Shown in pieces: positions 26,201 through 38,729 of a stretch of DNA of 64,000 bases. Below the pieces are notes generated by a model, which was not told the origin of the DNA, ran no database searches, and saw only the letters and a list, made by a program, of their open reading frames with translations. This DNA is from Saccostrea echinata (lineage: Eukaryota): the NCBI RefSeq assembly GCF_033153115.1, contig NW_026889801.1:16678001-16742000 (forward strand), written 5' to 3'. The number at the start of each line of letters is the position of its first letter. The first letter of the stretch is position 1. The translations under genes were made by a program, and so were the position numbers.

Positions 26201-29200
26201 CTTATTAGGTTGATAATTGTAATTAATTACATGTATTGAAATCTGAACAGTATACAACTATCCTTGGTAAGGCGACTGGTTCCTTGGAGCTACTATAAAT
26301 ACACATGTATCATTTGTTAAAATTATACTTTTCTACATTTAAATCAATCATTTATTTCAAACATTGACAAATATCAAATGGAATTCCTTATTGTACATAT
26401 ACAAAAGTCTTTGTACAATTTTACTTCCAATATAAGAATAACTACGCTAAACCTTTCATGAGAGTAGCATGATGTGTATTTAAAATAAACCAGATTTTTA
26501 TTTATTTTATCGAATATTTGAATATATTCGAATACTTTCATTGAATATTCGAATATTAATCATTGACAAAATTGACATCCCTAATATAAAACAAACCATT
26601 AAAAAGTTTCAGAAAATCTTTGCAGTAGGATGGAATGCCATCTTCATTAACAGGACCATGGTTGGCATCAATGTCAAGAACATCTAAAGCAACTGTTATC
26701 TGATGCTCAGGCTTGGCCTTTATGGATACAATACAGTTCCTTGAGTCCTGTAAATAATGAACGATTAAGCTATTACCATGTCAATAGAAGTTATCCACAC
26801 AAATAACAAATATTAAATTGAAATGATATACTTGTTTATTTTTATCTTAATGGTACACATTTACAGTAACTATTAAAATTAATTTGTTCAATGTTGAAAG
26901 ATCCAACTGAGAAGTGCATAAAAATTGTTTTCTGTAAACTTAGCTACACTAAAAGTGTTGAATGCAAGGCACAATATATAAATTCAGTTTCCTAGACTCA
27001 CTACCCTTACTTATGCCTTTGTATGCCTTCTGGGCCCAAAATTGGAAATAAATACATTACTTACTTACTTCCCTTTGAATGGTCAATCAGAGAACCCCCC
27101 CCCCCCCCCTACTATTTGCCATCCTTATTTTTTTTTTTTAATTATGTCCAACAACCCACATTTTTCAAGGTGAGTAGGTAGAAAGGTATTCTTTTTAACT
27201 ATCTTACACATTGATAATTGTCATAAAACGTAGGACTGCTAGACAGATTTAATATCTATTACTATAAAAACTTTCAGTCTAAATGCATCTTAGAGAAATG
27301 GTAAACCTTAACTTTAGAAATGGTACAGACAATGTGTATCCCTGCAAACAATAAATTTGAAGTGCTAAAAAAATTCATAAGGGGGGATGACTTTTACAGG
27401 CCAATCAGATCATCAGATAAATCATTTTTTATTGTTTACCTTATTTTTCTTTTCTTTACCATATAACAATTGCCAAGGTTAATTTTTGTAATTTACAGGT
27501 ATTGTTGACATTGTCAGTTTATTGTATGAACTAACCCATCTTAGGCCAAACAGAAAAATTAAATTAATTGTTTTTATACAGAGAACTGTAAAAAATAAAC
27601 ACTGAAAACTTGCAAAGGACAAACGAAAGTGTTTGTAAAATCAGTTTTTCTTTCTAAATTAGCAACAAAGGGACAAACTTTTTGTTTGAAATGAATTCAT
27701 TTTACTCATTTCTTAAATACTAGCATGAATCTACAGAGAAGTGTAAATACATCATCAATTGTTTAGAGGGGATGTGGCATATCCTGCAAGTTGCCAGTGG
27801 AACAGTGGGTAGAGCATTTCTTTCTAAAGTTGTGAAGTACAGGAAGTAAGGAGTTTATCTTAATGTCACAGATTTGAATCTCTCTATGGAACACAAAAAT
27901 TAGTACTTCTGATGAAAACTATAAACCAAGACCCTGTCACAGTAGGAGCCGGCACAAAAAAAGATATCTCACTGCTCAATTAACAGGTCCAGCACAATCT
28001 CTTGATTTAGCTATATAGCTTGAAATAGCTATATAGCTTTATTAAGCTATTCAAAATAGTTTGATAAAGCTATTTATATGCAGTTTTTCACAAAAATGTT
28101 TTATGTTAGAAATAGACAAAAAGTCGCATGTATTTGACTATTCATGTATTTACTTTGGGCTATCAAGACAACAAGCAAAATCAAAGATAGTTCTAACATT
28201 GCAGCATTTGAATACTTTTTAGCAAAAGATGAATTTCCATTGTTTGGGTAACTGTTCACTACCTTGTGTGCATTGAGGCGTGGATAAGTATGATTACTTC
28301 TCATTGTACTGAATTATGACCAATCAATTATCTTGTTGACTGTAATTGGCCTCCTTTATAATTTCATTGAAAAAGTAACTGTATCAATTGCTTTATATAG
28401 CCCCAGAAACTTCGAGTACAAAGTCTCTTAAGGTCAAGATCTAGTAAATGATTTTAGACTGCCTTTTTGATGCTAGATCCATTATGATGTCATAATCAAA
28501 TTAAACTTTCTTTTTCCCGTACTTTACAGCTGTAAATGAATTATGTATTTCATTTCATTTCATTTTATTCAGGTAAAATTATCACAGAATGTCATGATAA
28601 CACACAATTAAAACATTACAGATTAGCCCACTAATAGAAAAAAAAAAAAAACAGACATTATCTCAGCACTATGCTACTTAATAAAGATCTAATTGAGCAT
28701 ATACATGTATTATTATATAAATTACATGACATACAGATGATAGGTATTACCTAAGGATATCCCATAAAAGCCTTTATAAAAAAGCTTATTTCCAATGGGG
28801 TCCTTAAATTACAAATACGTTAGTAACAAAAATATTACATTAATAATGGAATTTAGGCAGGGTACTTAAATGAATATAGCATAATGCTTTGAAAAATGAC
28901 ATGTTTCTCATTACACATTTTCCTTAAAAATTATCACAATAATGCTTATAAAACTAAAATAAAATTAAATAGAAATAAAATTAGACAAGCCTTCACGTAG
29001 TATCACTAGCATTTTTAGATAAAAAAGATCTTACAGCTTTCTTAAATTTTTGTTTAGTACTCATCTCCTTGATGAAAATAAAGTACTTTTCTGGAATTCA
29101 ATTTGAAATCATGTGAAAAGTAATCCCGAAACCTATATTCAATTTAATATTATTTTAAAGAAGAGGCTAAGAACATACAAAATACCATTTTCTGGGAGAC

Positions 29201-30200
29201 TGTAGGCAATCTGGACACATTTAATTTGTCTGATATGGAAAAAACTACCATATTCATGACTGATTTTCTTAATTTTTCATTGAAAATGAAAGTTTAAGAT
29301 ATGATTTTTCGTCTTGTTTACCTACAAATTATGCCCCAAAACACCTTATTTGACCAAGCTATACTTATAAAGCTTCATTAAAGGAATTTATTTCTCAAAT
29401 TTGAGAAATCTGTAGGCTCCTTTTATTTACTAGATCTTGACCTTAAGGAGACGCAATTTGGTGACTGATTTAAACATACATTATTTTCAGAAGAGTTCAA
29501 GGTTGAACATTATCACTGCACCAAGGTGCAACTTTTTGTGCATGCTGAGATAATAACACATTTAAGAAAAAGCTGTGATAAAATAGCTAATTCAAGCTAT
29601 TCTGAATAGCTTAATAAAGCTATATAGCTAAATCAAGCTATATAGCTAAATCAAGACATTGTGCCAGACCTGATTAACAGCTGATTAATGGCCATACATG
29701 TAAGTTCTGATTACAGGTCTAAATTAGCAGCTCTCCATCGGCAATTGATGGTGTCCCAAATTCCCAGTATGAATGAAATATTCTTGAAGTGATATAAAGC
29801 AAACAAATACTTATCCTGTATCATACCTGGTAAAAATTATAGGACTGTGACCTAACATCCTCATATCCATCTATGCTGTTTTGAAAGTTGTATTTGGTTC
29901 GATAGTACGCTGGATTTCTACAATACTCTTCATAGCAGACAGAACAAAACTCATCTGTTTGTAAAATGATGTCTCCTAAAAAGGCATAAATGATAAATAT
30001 GATAAAGTCCATGCAAGTGAAGAACCCCTGTCCCCCACATAAAAATAGATCGTTAAAACTAATGATTCCTTTTAAAATATTTTAATCTATTAAATACTCT
30101 GGAAAAGAGCAATCTATATGAGTTAAAAATGTAAACTTTAATGAGTCTTACCTGCTATAAATGATATTTTTAAGAACATAAACAAAACAAATTTCTCCAT
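23247..30200 (-). CDS. Predicted GPI-anchored surface protein: signal peptide, CUB domain, Ly6/uPAR (three-finger) domain; 352 aa, 7 exons
   Basis: Minus-strand exons 30200-30152, 29975-29827, 26747-26597, 25175-24936, 24716-24495, 23830-23759 and 23422-23247. All GT-AG, 1059 nt open. Signal MEKFVLFMFLKISFIAG. CUB-like CIVSIKAKPEHQITVALDVLDID..CKDFLKLFNG..LCG..NELTVQFVTD..GFTLRI. Ly6-like LTCYSCSYC..CHVCSK..RKC..GC..YCFCKGNKCN followed by SG and a hydrophobic tail. Confidence 0.85.
25559..26583. mobile_element. Non-autonomous hAT-type DNA transposon
   Basis: TIR TAGGGATGTCAA/TTGACATCCCTA, 8-bp TSD ATATAAAA (25551-25558, 26584-26591), subterminal TTCGAATATT repeats. Confidence 0.9.
27984..29672. 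mobile_element. TIR DNA element (CAGGTC termini, 5-bp TSD) carrying nested insertions and itself inserted in a SINE remnant
   Basis: CAGGTCCAGCACAAT...ATTGTGCCAGACCTG, TSD ATTAA, subterminal AGCTAT repeats. The SINE halves lie at ~27925-27980 and ~29688-29808. Confidence 0.8.
28432..29442. mobile_element. Kolobok-like MITE (TTAA TSD) containing a ~525-bp insertion
   Basis: TTAA-GGTCAAGATCTAGTAAAT...ATTTACTAGATCTTGACC-TTAA. An uninterrupted inverted copy is at 36621-37105. The extra sequence at 28548-29073 begins with (TTTCA)n, like a reversed LINE tail. Confidence 0.8.
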
Positions 30201-30302
30201 CTTGAAATCATTTCCGGAAATAATTGTTGGACTCGTTCATAAAATGCTTCGAGTACCAGTTCTCGTTCACAGTCATTTTGACGCTTTAATAACAAAGTAA
30301 AC
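30201..30302. promoter_or_regulatory. Compact bidirectional promoter/5'UTR region between the CUB-Ly6 gene and SAP18
   Basis: Divergent ATGs at 30200 (-) and 30303 (+). The 12-bp palindrome ATTTCCGGAAAT (30210-30221) carries an ETS-like CCGGAA on both strands. Confidence 0.65.
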
Positions 30303-32438
30303 ATGGCCACTGTCGAGTCCATGGTTGTTGAAGAGCAACGAGAGCCGGAAAAGCCGGTTGATAGAGAAAAGGTAACCTTATAAGTGTGTCTTTGTGTTTC
30401 TCAGTGTGTTTGTGTGTTTTTCAATATAGCCTGCATTTCTCTTTTTTATAGAAAAAAAGGCAAATGCTCTGCTACTCGTGCAAGAGTTCTGGTCATGTCA
30501 ACTCGATACAGTTTATTATTCATTAAAGCTACATCTGCAAAACATGAATTGATACGTATACTGCAGTTAAGCTACATTTTTTTTAGCTTCATCAGGTCTG
30601 GTACAATCACTAGATTAAGCTACGTAGCTTGAATTACCTACATAGCTTTATTTACCTACCTGAAATAGCTTTATTTAGCTACTAAATCAAACATATTTCT
30701 TAAATTAGCATTTATCCCAGAAAGTGCAGAAATTGCACTTTGATGCAGTGATAATTTTCAACTTTGAACTCATCTGAAAACAGTTCATGAAAAAATCACT
30801 CTTGGAGATGTGTCTTTCTCTGCACAATTGCAATCAAAGTTCTAAAAGTTTTGGGGCTATATACAACAGTTAATTTGTGACCTAACAGTTACTTCTTGAG
30901 TGAAATAACAAAGAAAACCAGTTTTGGTTAACATGAGCACAATGTGAAGTAATCATACTTATCCACGCCTCATCGCACATAAGGCAGTGGACAGTTTCTC
31001 AAACAATGAAAATACATATTTTCCTTTAAAGTGTTCAAACTATCTCTGCGTTAGATTGCTTTTTAAATAATACCTACATGTAGAATAAATATCAGTAGAC
31101 TTTTACTTGTGACTTTTTGTCTTTTTAAAATAAAAAGCAAAATTGTGAAAAGTTGCATTGAAATAGCTAAATAAAGCTACCTGAGGTAGATAAATAAAGC
31201 TACAGTAGGTAATTTTAGCTACGTAGCTAAATGTACTGATTGTACTGGACCTGTTCATATAACTACAGTATAGAACAGATATGTGAGTTAAAGTGGTTAG
31301 TTAAATAAAACAAGTTGGGGAAATTACCCAGACAGATTACAATATCCCAACTACAGGTAGGTTATCTGGTTTTAATCATCATACAGAAGAATCTAACCCT
31401 GTTTGTATAGACTTGTGAAAAATGGGGTAAACTAATGATGGATGAATGGAATATTCTATCGTTAAAAATGATAATGTACTAGGGATCCGATGAGGGCCTG
31501 TCCTGAGACACAGTTAGATTTTTCTAACTAATGAATTTGACACCGCTCTTTTCGTGCTTTTATTGTAGGGTAAATTATATTCTGTAGTTTTTCCATGTAG
31601 GATTAATTTACGCTATGAGTGCCGATACAAAGAATGAATCCTCATAACACTGCTTTCTCGCCCCTTTTTAAATGCATAATTTTACCTTTTCAAATTAGAA
31701 CATTGTTATATTATAGCTAAAGTCTTCAAGCATAATCTGTATAGATACTCATAAAAGATTTTTTGGGGAAAGAGACTTTCAATATATACATTATATCGAT
31801 TAAATAAAATCGCATACTTCACTGTAAAATCCCGGTTTCGCCATTACAGTTATGCAGGTCGTTGTATTATTTAAATGAGAAGGTGGAGCGTCTATCAAGC
31901 GTGCGATTAGTATGAATGAATACATTAGCGTGTGTTCGAGGTGTACTAAGTTTTATGATTAACTGACACCTAAAAAGCCTTTTTTTCATGCTAGAGACAG
32001 ACAAAATGTAAGCATACATTTTTTTAATTTGGCTGGCTTAACTTTGATTTCTTTTCTGCTTAACTTACGAGTCGTATTTGAAATGATTTACTAGAAATTC
32101 ATTAAATTATTTATACATTGAATACACAATGGACTTTGGAAACAGAACGAAGGATACACTATTTTTCATACTTCAAAGAAACCTTTTTTTTGAAAAAGAG
32201 ATAATTAATCCATATAAGCTTATTACATAATTTGAAATTTTTTCATACATATGTAGATTTTTGCAAAATCCGAGTGCTACAACAAATACACGTAGGCGGT
32301 TGAATTATGATATAAAACTACACTCGGTGTATAAAAAATAGATAGTTAAGAAAGTGAAAATTTAAACGTCAGTATCATCGCTGGTGGGTAAAAAAAACAG
32401 TGTCAGTGTACTTTGTACAGTCCAAATTGCATTGTTTC

Positions 32439-32471
<33 letters not shown>

Positions 32472-35430
32472 TTTATTCATGCCAGACCAGTTAATATGAT
32501 CTTCCTCATTTAGGAATTCATTAATTGCCGAAATCCACTCCTGTACTTTTTGATTTTAACAAACTTTCTCCCTGTAGTAAGATAAATAATAAATCACTCC
32601 GAGGTAATTTTAACGCCCTTTTTCATTCGACCGATTTTTTTTTTACTAATATCGTTGATCGGACATGTGAAAGGGTCATACAAATGCATGTTCTTGCTTT
32701 TAAACATTATGCTTTTAAAATACCTGCGAACATGGACTTTTTTAAATGATCTGCAACAAAAAAAAATTGTAAAATTTTGTGCCGATGTAAAAAGTTATAA
32801 CATTTGCTTCAGAAGAAACCTGAAGCTTCCTTCTATTCAAATTAGGGGTGCTTTTTTGTGCAAATGTATTCAGTGACTTTTCATCCGATACACAGGTTTT
32901 TTGAGCGCTCCGTACTTTAATTTCTTTCCATGAAGGTTTCTTCTATTGGAAGTATGCATTTGTGCACTTGTAACTAACAAACTATTTTTCTAAAGGTATG
33001 ATGAATTGGTGTTTTTCAAATAACGGACTATAAAATTAATGACAGTTTTAACTGAAAAAAAATCTTTCATATCTTCCAAGTCAATGAACGGAGCACTGAT
33101 GTATATTTAGGAACAAGGGCAAATGTATAATATACATGTATACCCACAGTAATTTAAATTTTAGAATTCTGTATTTATGAGACACAAGCAGTAAGTGCAA
33201 GCTACAGGACTTCAATATAAATTGATAGATACCGAAAAAAAATCAAACAAAATCGACTGAAAATCTTAACACATCTTAATCATAAAAAAAAAATTCTCCC
33301 AAAATTTTAATTACCCATTTGAAAAATGATTTGACCATCGATGGCTCGCAGACACTAGACACAATGTCGCATAGGTGTGCTCAAAACGCGAAAGTGAATA
33401 GATTTGAGTCACGTGTTCAGTGCTTTGTTATTCATGAGGTCAAAGACGGGTTGAAATTTGTAAACAAGGTGTCTTTACTATAGAGACAAGTACCCGTGAT
33501 TTTGCACCTTTTTTGAAAATAACAAATGAGCGCAAGACTGTTTCAATTTCTTTCATGAATGTAAATGACTAGTATAACGCTTTACATTGACCGTATTTAC
33601 GACAACTTGAAACATCCATGCGCTCATATACAAAATGGGCTTGCAAAATGGGGGTGTGGCCTAAAGTCTATGAGAAATCGATGTAAACAACATACCCCTG
33701 CTATATTAATCACATAAATGCCTAATTACAGCGCAAGGAGGTAAAAATTGAAATTGAAATTAATAAACTACAATGTTTGATGGAAAGATTGAGGCAAAAA
33801 TATGTAGAAAAATTTTGATTTAATTTTTTGTAATTTATCGGGGGGCCAAATTTGGACATTTAAACGATTCATCCTTTTCCAAAGAAATCAGTCACACTGC
33901 ACTTAAAGTTCACTGAAGACATAAAACAGTAATCCATGGAATCAAGTTGTATTTTTTCAACCTGTGGTTTGAACTGAAAGTTTGATTCCATGAAATTATG
34001 ATCCTTTGGAAAAAACACAGTAGTAGTTTGCAGATAATAAGTTATTATATATTAATATGGTGATTAGTTAACTTAGCGAAACTCTTTCATAGTGGAGATA
34101 GGAAATGTCCGTAAGCAAGGGACAATGTGCTGTTGAATGCATCGCAAAATCTATCACTTTTTAAGAACACATCATGCACATAAGAAGTGCTGGTGAAATA
34201 TCTCCAAACATTCCTTGAACCATTGTTAACAGAACTTAAGAGGAGCTAGTCCTCTTGTGTTAAATTATTATTCATTTGATACTTTCTTATATATATTCTT
34301 TCTTTTAAGATACTGTAACACATTTATATGATTTTTGGGAGGAAGAATTGACATTAGCCCCTGGTGCAAGGAAAGTCAGACCAAACAAAGTGCCATGTAT
34401 GGGCAAAAACTAGATTCCTTCTTGATTGAAAATGGTTACTATTTAAATGATGTACGATTTTTAAAAATATATATTGTTAATATTTGAAAGAAAAAAAAAT
34501 GAAAAAAAAATAAATAAATGTGTGATCTTTTGTGATTTCAGACCTGTCCCCTTCTCCTAAGAGTCTTCAGCAATCTAGGACGACATAATCCAATGAGTGA
34601 CTACCACAGGGGACAGACCCCAGCTAATGAACTTCAGATCTACACATGGTAAGTCACCAGTGACTTATGATCAAGATGAAACTATAAGGGTTTGATTTTT
34701 GATATGTGTCCTGCACTGAAACAATTCAGAATATAAAGTTACAATATGCTGCCTTGATCCTCTTACAACCCCTCTTCCATTGGTTCAGGTGGAGGACAGA
34801 GAATTATGTTTGTGCGTTGATAATCAACAATTTTTGAACAGTTATTATTATGCATAGGAGGTGAATCAATATGTTTTTGTTCTAGAAAAAAGGATATAAT
34901 CAAGATGAAACTATAAGGGTTTGATTTTTGATATGTGTTTTGCACTGTTGACACTGAGTATTCTTCCACTAGTACTAATAAGATTAAAAAGACGACAAAA
35001 AAACCTTTCATCATCAAGACCAACATGTTTTATTCTCAGGAACACACATGATGCATCCAAACAAATTTATAATTACATTCCAAAAAATGCATGATGTTTT
35101 GTGTTGTAGATTTACTTGATAATTACATGTATACCTATGAACAAACAACTTCTGTAATAGAAGTTGGAATTAATTAAAGTACATATGTAATCATTTCTGT
35201 TTAAATATGTCAAGAGATCATTTACAGGTGTACATTTAATATCAGTCCTTTAATTCTGTTATATGAGAAAAAGAACTGTAATTCAACAATACAATCAAAG
35301 AAAATATTCAGTAAGCGTGTGTTTTATAGCAGTTAGGTAAATTGGTAAACTTAACTTTGAAAAAGGAATTAAAAATTTAGGGTATTTGTTTGGATAATAT
35401 CTAGAAAAATGTTTTGTATTAAGATGTTGA

Positions 35431-35464
<34 letters not shown>

Positions 35465-36060
35465 GAATGTAGATCATTTCCTAGAGAAAATGTTTTTGTT
35501 AACTGGTACATGTATGTATATTGTTAGCTGAACCCAAGTACATGTGTATTTACTACATTTAGAATATTATTAGCAATCCTTCTAATATATTTTTTTTTAT
35601 ATAAATAAATATATTTACTAATATATAAAATATAGATTTTAATACATAGGTATAAATCCTAGATTCAACACAATGAATGACAGATATCAAAAAAATTTTT
35701 ATCTATGCCTTACTGAAAAAGCAACATTTACAAAGGAAAAAATTAATTCACTCCTCATGTTTGTTTTATGAAAACAGGCTAGATGCAACACTTAAGGAGC
35801 TGACAAGTCTGGTCAAGGAGGTAAACCCAGAGGCTAGGAGAAAAGGAACATTCTTTGATTTTGCCATTGTGTATCCTGATCCCAGGGCACCAGTTTATAG
35901 ACTGCGGGAGATCGGTACCACCTGTGCTGGTCACCGCGGCCAAGATGATGGAATAAGCCTCGCCAGCAAAAAGTTTGTTATCGGAGATTTCCTCGACATT
36001 GCCATCACACCACCCAGAAATGACAGGCCAAATCCAAGGAGGAACAGACCGCCATATTGA
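30303..36060 (+). CDS. SAP18: Histone deacetylase complex subunit SAP18 (152 aa, 3 exons)
   Basis: Exons 30303-30371, 34542-34648 and 35778-36060 (459 nt). PVDREKTCPLLLRVF..GRH..NELQIYTWLDATLKELTSLVKEVNPEARRKGTFFDFAIVYPD..FVIGDFLDIAITPP. AATAAA at 36297-36302. Confidence 0.97.
30593..31253. mobile_element. TIR DNA element (CAGGTC termini, 5-bp TSD), same family as 27984-29672, opposite orientation
   Basis: CAGGTCTGGTACAATC...GATTGTACTGGACCTG, TSD TTCAT. The internal AAGTAATCATACTTATCCACGCCTCA is the reverse complement of the sequence at ~28273-28299. Confidence 0.85.
35433..35462. repeat. (CA)n microsatellite
   Basis: Directly visible. Confidence 0.9.
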
Positions 36061-36416
36061 GTGGATGACATTTTGTAAAAGAGTGAATCTTTGTGAAAGA
36101 ATGTTTTTTTTACCTGATAGTCATGCTAAGTCTGTGCTTGTGAAATACTTGTATGGAGCATATGTATGAAATTTCAAAGTACTTTTAATTTTTTTTCCAT
36201 TATTCACAATCTCATGAGAAATGTGTTCATTTCAACCATCATTATAGATACAAAAACTGCAGCAATTCCAGGAGATAAAGATTATCTCTCTTTTGAAATA
36301 AAGCATAAAATCAAATATTGATTAAACTTTTACTTTGTCGTAATTTTTTTCCAGTACATTCTAGACTTCATCTAAAGAATGTCTGATTGCCTAGTTATAT
36401 GAATATAACTATTATA

Positions 36417-37897
36417 AGTGACTCTGGGTCTACAGGTGTGTGAATATCAGTCAACATATTGGTTCTTGATTAGTTCATTGGTTAGAGAGCATTGGCATGG
36501 TAAGCCAGAGGCCCTGGGTTCGAGTCCCATTTGAGACTTGATTTTTTACCAGTGACATTTGGCACTAACATACAAAACCCACTAATTCCCCTAGAAATAG
36601 GCCTCACAGGAATTCCTTAAGGTCAAGATCTAGTAAATGAAAGGTGCCTACAGATTTCTCAAATTTGAGAAATAAATTCCTTTAATGATGCTTTATAATT
36701 TTAGCTTGATCAAAGAAGTTGTTTCGGGGCATGATTTGTAGGTAAATAAGACGAAAAATCATATTTTAAACTGTCATTTTCAATGAAAAATTAAGAAAAC
36801 CTGACATGAATACGGGAGTTTTTTCCAAATCAGACAAATGAAATGTATCCAGATTGCCTACAGTCTCTCAGAAAACGGTAATTTGTATCTTCTTGGCCTC
36901 TTCTTTAAAATAATATTAAATTGAATATAGGTATTGGGATTACTTTTCACATGATTTCAAATTGGATTCCATGAAAATACTTTATTTTCTACATAATTTT
37001 ATTAGAGGCGTAAAGTACGGGAAAAAGAAAGTTGAAAATGATTATGACGTCATAATGAATCTAGTACCAAAAAGTTAGTCTGAACTCATTTACTAGATCT
37101 TGACCTTAAGAGACTTTGAAATTTACACCTTCGCTCAACAAACTTTGCCAAGAAAAGAAGATATATTAAAGAAGTCAAGATAAAATTTACACAGTTTTTT
37201 GCCAGAAAATCGCATATTTTGACCAATATTTCAAAATTTACATCACTGACCCTAACTTTTTCTTTCATTATTTTAAACTACTCGATACTACTGACCGATC
37301 AGCACTTCAGTCGTAAAAAGTTTGATACAAGAAAATATTCTATTGCCTATTTAGATTTTTGATACCCTAAATATGAGACTTTTTAAGTGCAAAAAGGTCC
37401 CACAATAATTTACGCGCATTAATTTGCATGATTTGTTCAATGATAAATATTATTCAAACTATTTTACGTAAAATAAGATTATGTTTATTGCCATGGTTAC
37501 ATCTGATAAAATGTGATAACGGTTAAAGTGATTAACAAAAGAGTTACAATTTAAGTGCAAAAAGGTCAACTTAATTGTACCGTAGCTCAGTTATATGCAC
37601 ACTGACCCCCCCATTTTCTCTGCGATTTTGAGTCATACTATACAAGTACTTATCCAAAATATACTTCTCAAAAAATCCTTGATATAACAAATTTCACGAG
37701 TGACATACCTTAACTCATAAAATTCGCGGACAAATTTCTCATACAGGGGGAATATGTCACCGGGTTTCAAGGTGTGTGAATATCGGTCAATATATATAGG
37801 GTCTCAATTAGCTCATTGGTTAGAGCGTTGGCATGGTGTGCCAGAGGCCCTGGGTTCCAGTCCCGTTTGCGAACTTCATTTTTCACAACCTGTGACA
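36417..37897 (+). mobile_element. Probable non-autonomous LTR retroelement (TRIM) with tRNA-like LTRs (Ajax-like)
   Basis: Two ~140-bp direct repeats (36417-36557, 37755-37897); the second reads TGTCAC...GTGACA. Each contains a tRNA-like A box, GGT loop and B box. TTTGGCAC (PBS-like) follows the first, AGGGGGAA (PPT-like) precedes the second, and TATA flanks both outer ends. Confidence 0.65.
36621..37105. mobile_element. Kolobok-like MITE (485 bp, TTAA TSD)
   Basis: TTAA-GGTCAAGATCTAGTAAATGA...TCATTTACTAGATCTTGACC-TTAA. Confidence 0.88.
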
Positions 37898-38593
37898 TAT
37901 AGTCAGAACAGCATTAAATCACACTTTTCAAATATCATAAAATCCATTTTATCTTTGAAAAATACCCATGTATGTTAAAAAGACAACCATTTCCAGAAGT
38001 AATTACATGTATAGCATGTCTATTATTTGTTTAAACTTTTTTTAATTAAACAAAAATATGGAAGTTACACAATTTTGTAATTCTTAAGTTTAATTATGGC
38101 TCCGAATTTTAAATATGTGCCCGTATAGAGCAGTTAATGGAAAAGATATAAATCTTATTGTTATTAATAGACAATCAAATTAAAGTGCTAGTTCTAATTA
38201 GGTCTTTCCACCTTTCTGTGGAAAGACCTATTGAAATTGTTCTGTTTATTATTTGCTCAACAACATTCGAACTTATGCATGTTATGTATACATCGATGAC
38301 ATCATGATCTACAATACTTGCTGTAATACAGACGGTATACATATGTAGGTAACATACTAGTAATTTGGATTAAAAAAAAATTTTTTTGCGTCGCTAATTT
38401 CGTAAAGTAAGCAACAAAAGCAGCCTTGTAGTAAAAGGTGCATTTCATTATTCACAAAAGAAAAAAAAGTTATTCAAATGTAACTTTAAATCTTGATCAA
38501 CAGTTTTTACAACTGATCATCTATATACTTATTTAATGAACAAAGACAACATGAAAGAAAGATTTGCAGCAGTGGGGCTCCTATGCAAGAAAT

Positions 38594-38729
38594 NNNNNNN
38601 NNNNNNNNNNNNNNNNNNNNNNNNNNNNNNNNNNNNNNNNNNNNNNNNNNNNNNNNNNNNNNNNNNNNNNNNNNNNNNNNNNNNNNNNNNNNNNNNNNNN
38701 NNNNNNNNNNNNNNNNNNNNNNNNNNNNN
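38594..38729. other. Assembly gap (136 N)
   Basis: Run of N. Confidence 1.

Noticed and set aside
35677-35777. N-terminus of the 127-aa ORF
   Set aside because: Intronic. SAP18 homology begins at the acceptor at 35778, and the true upstream exons are found.
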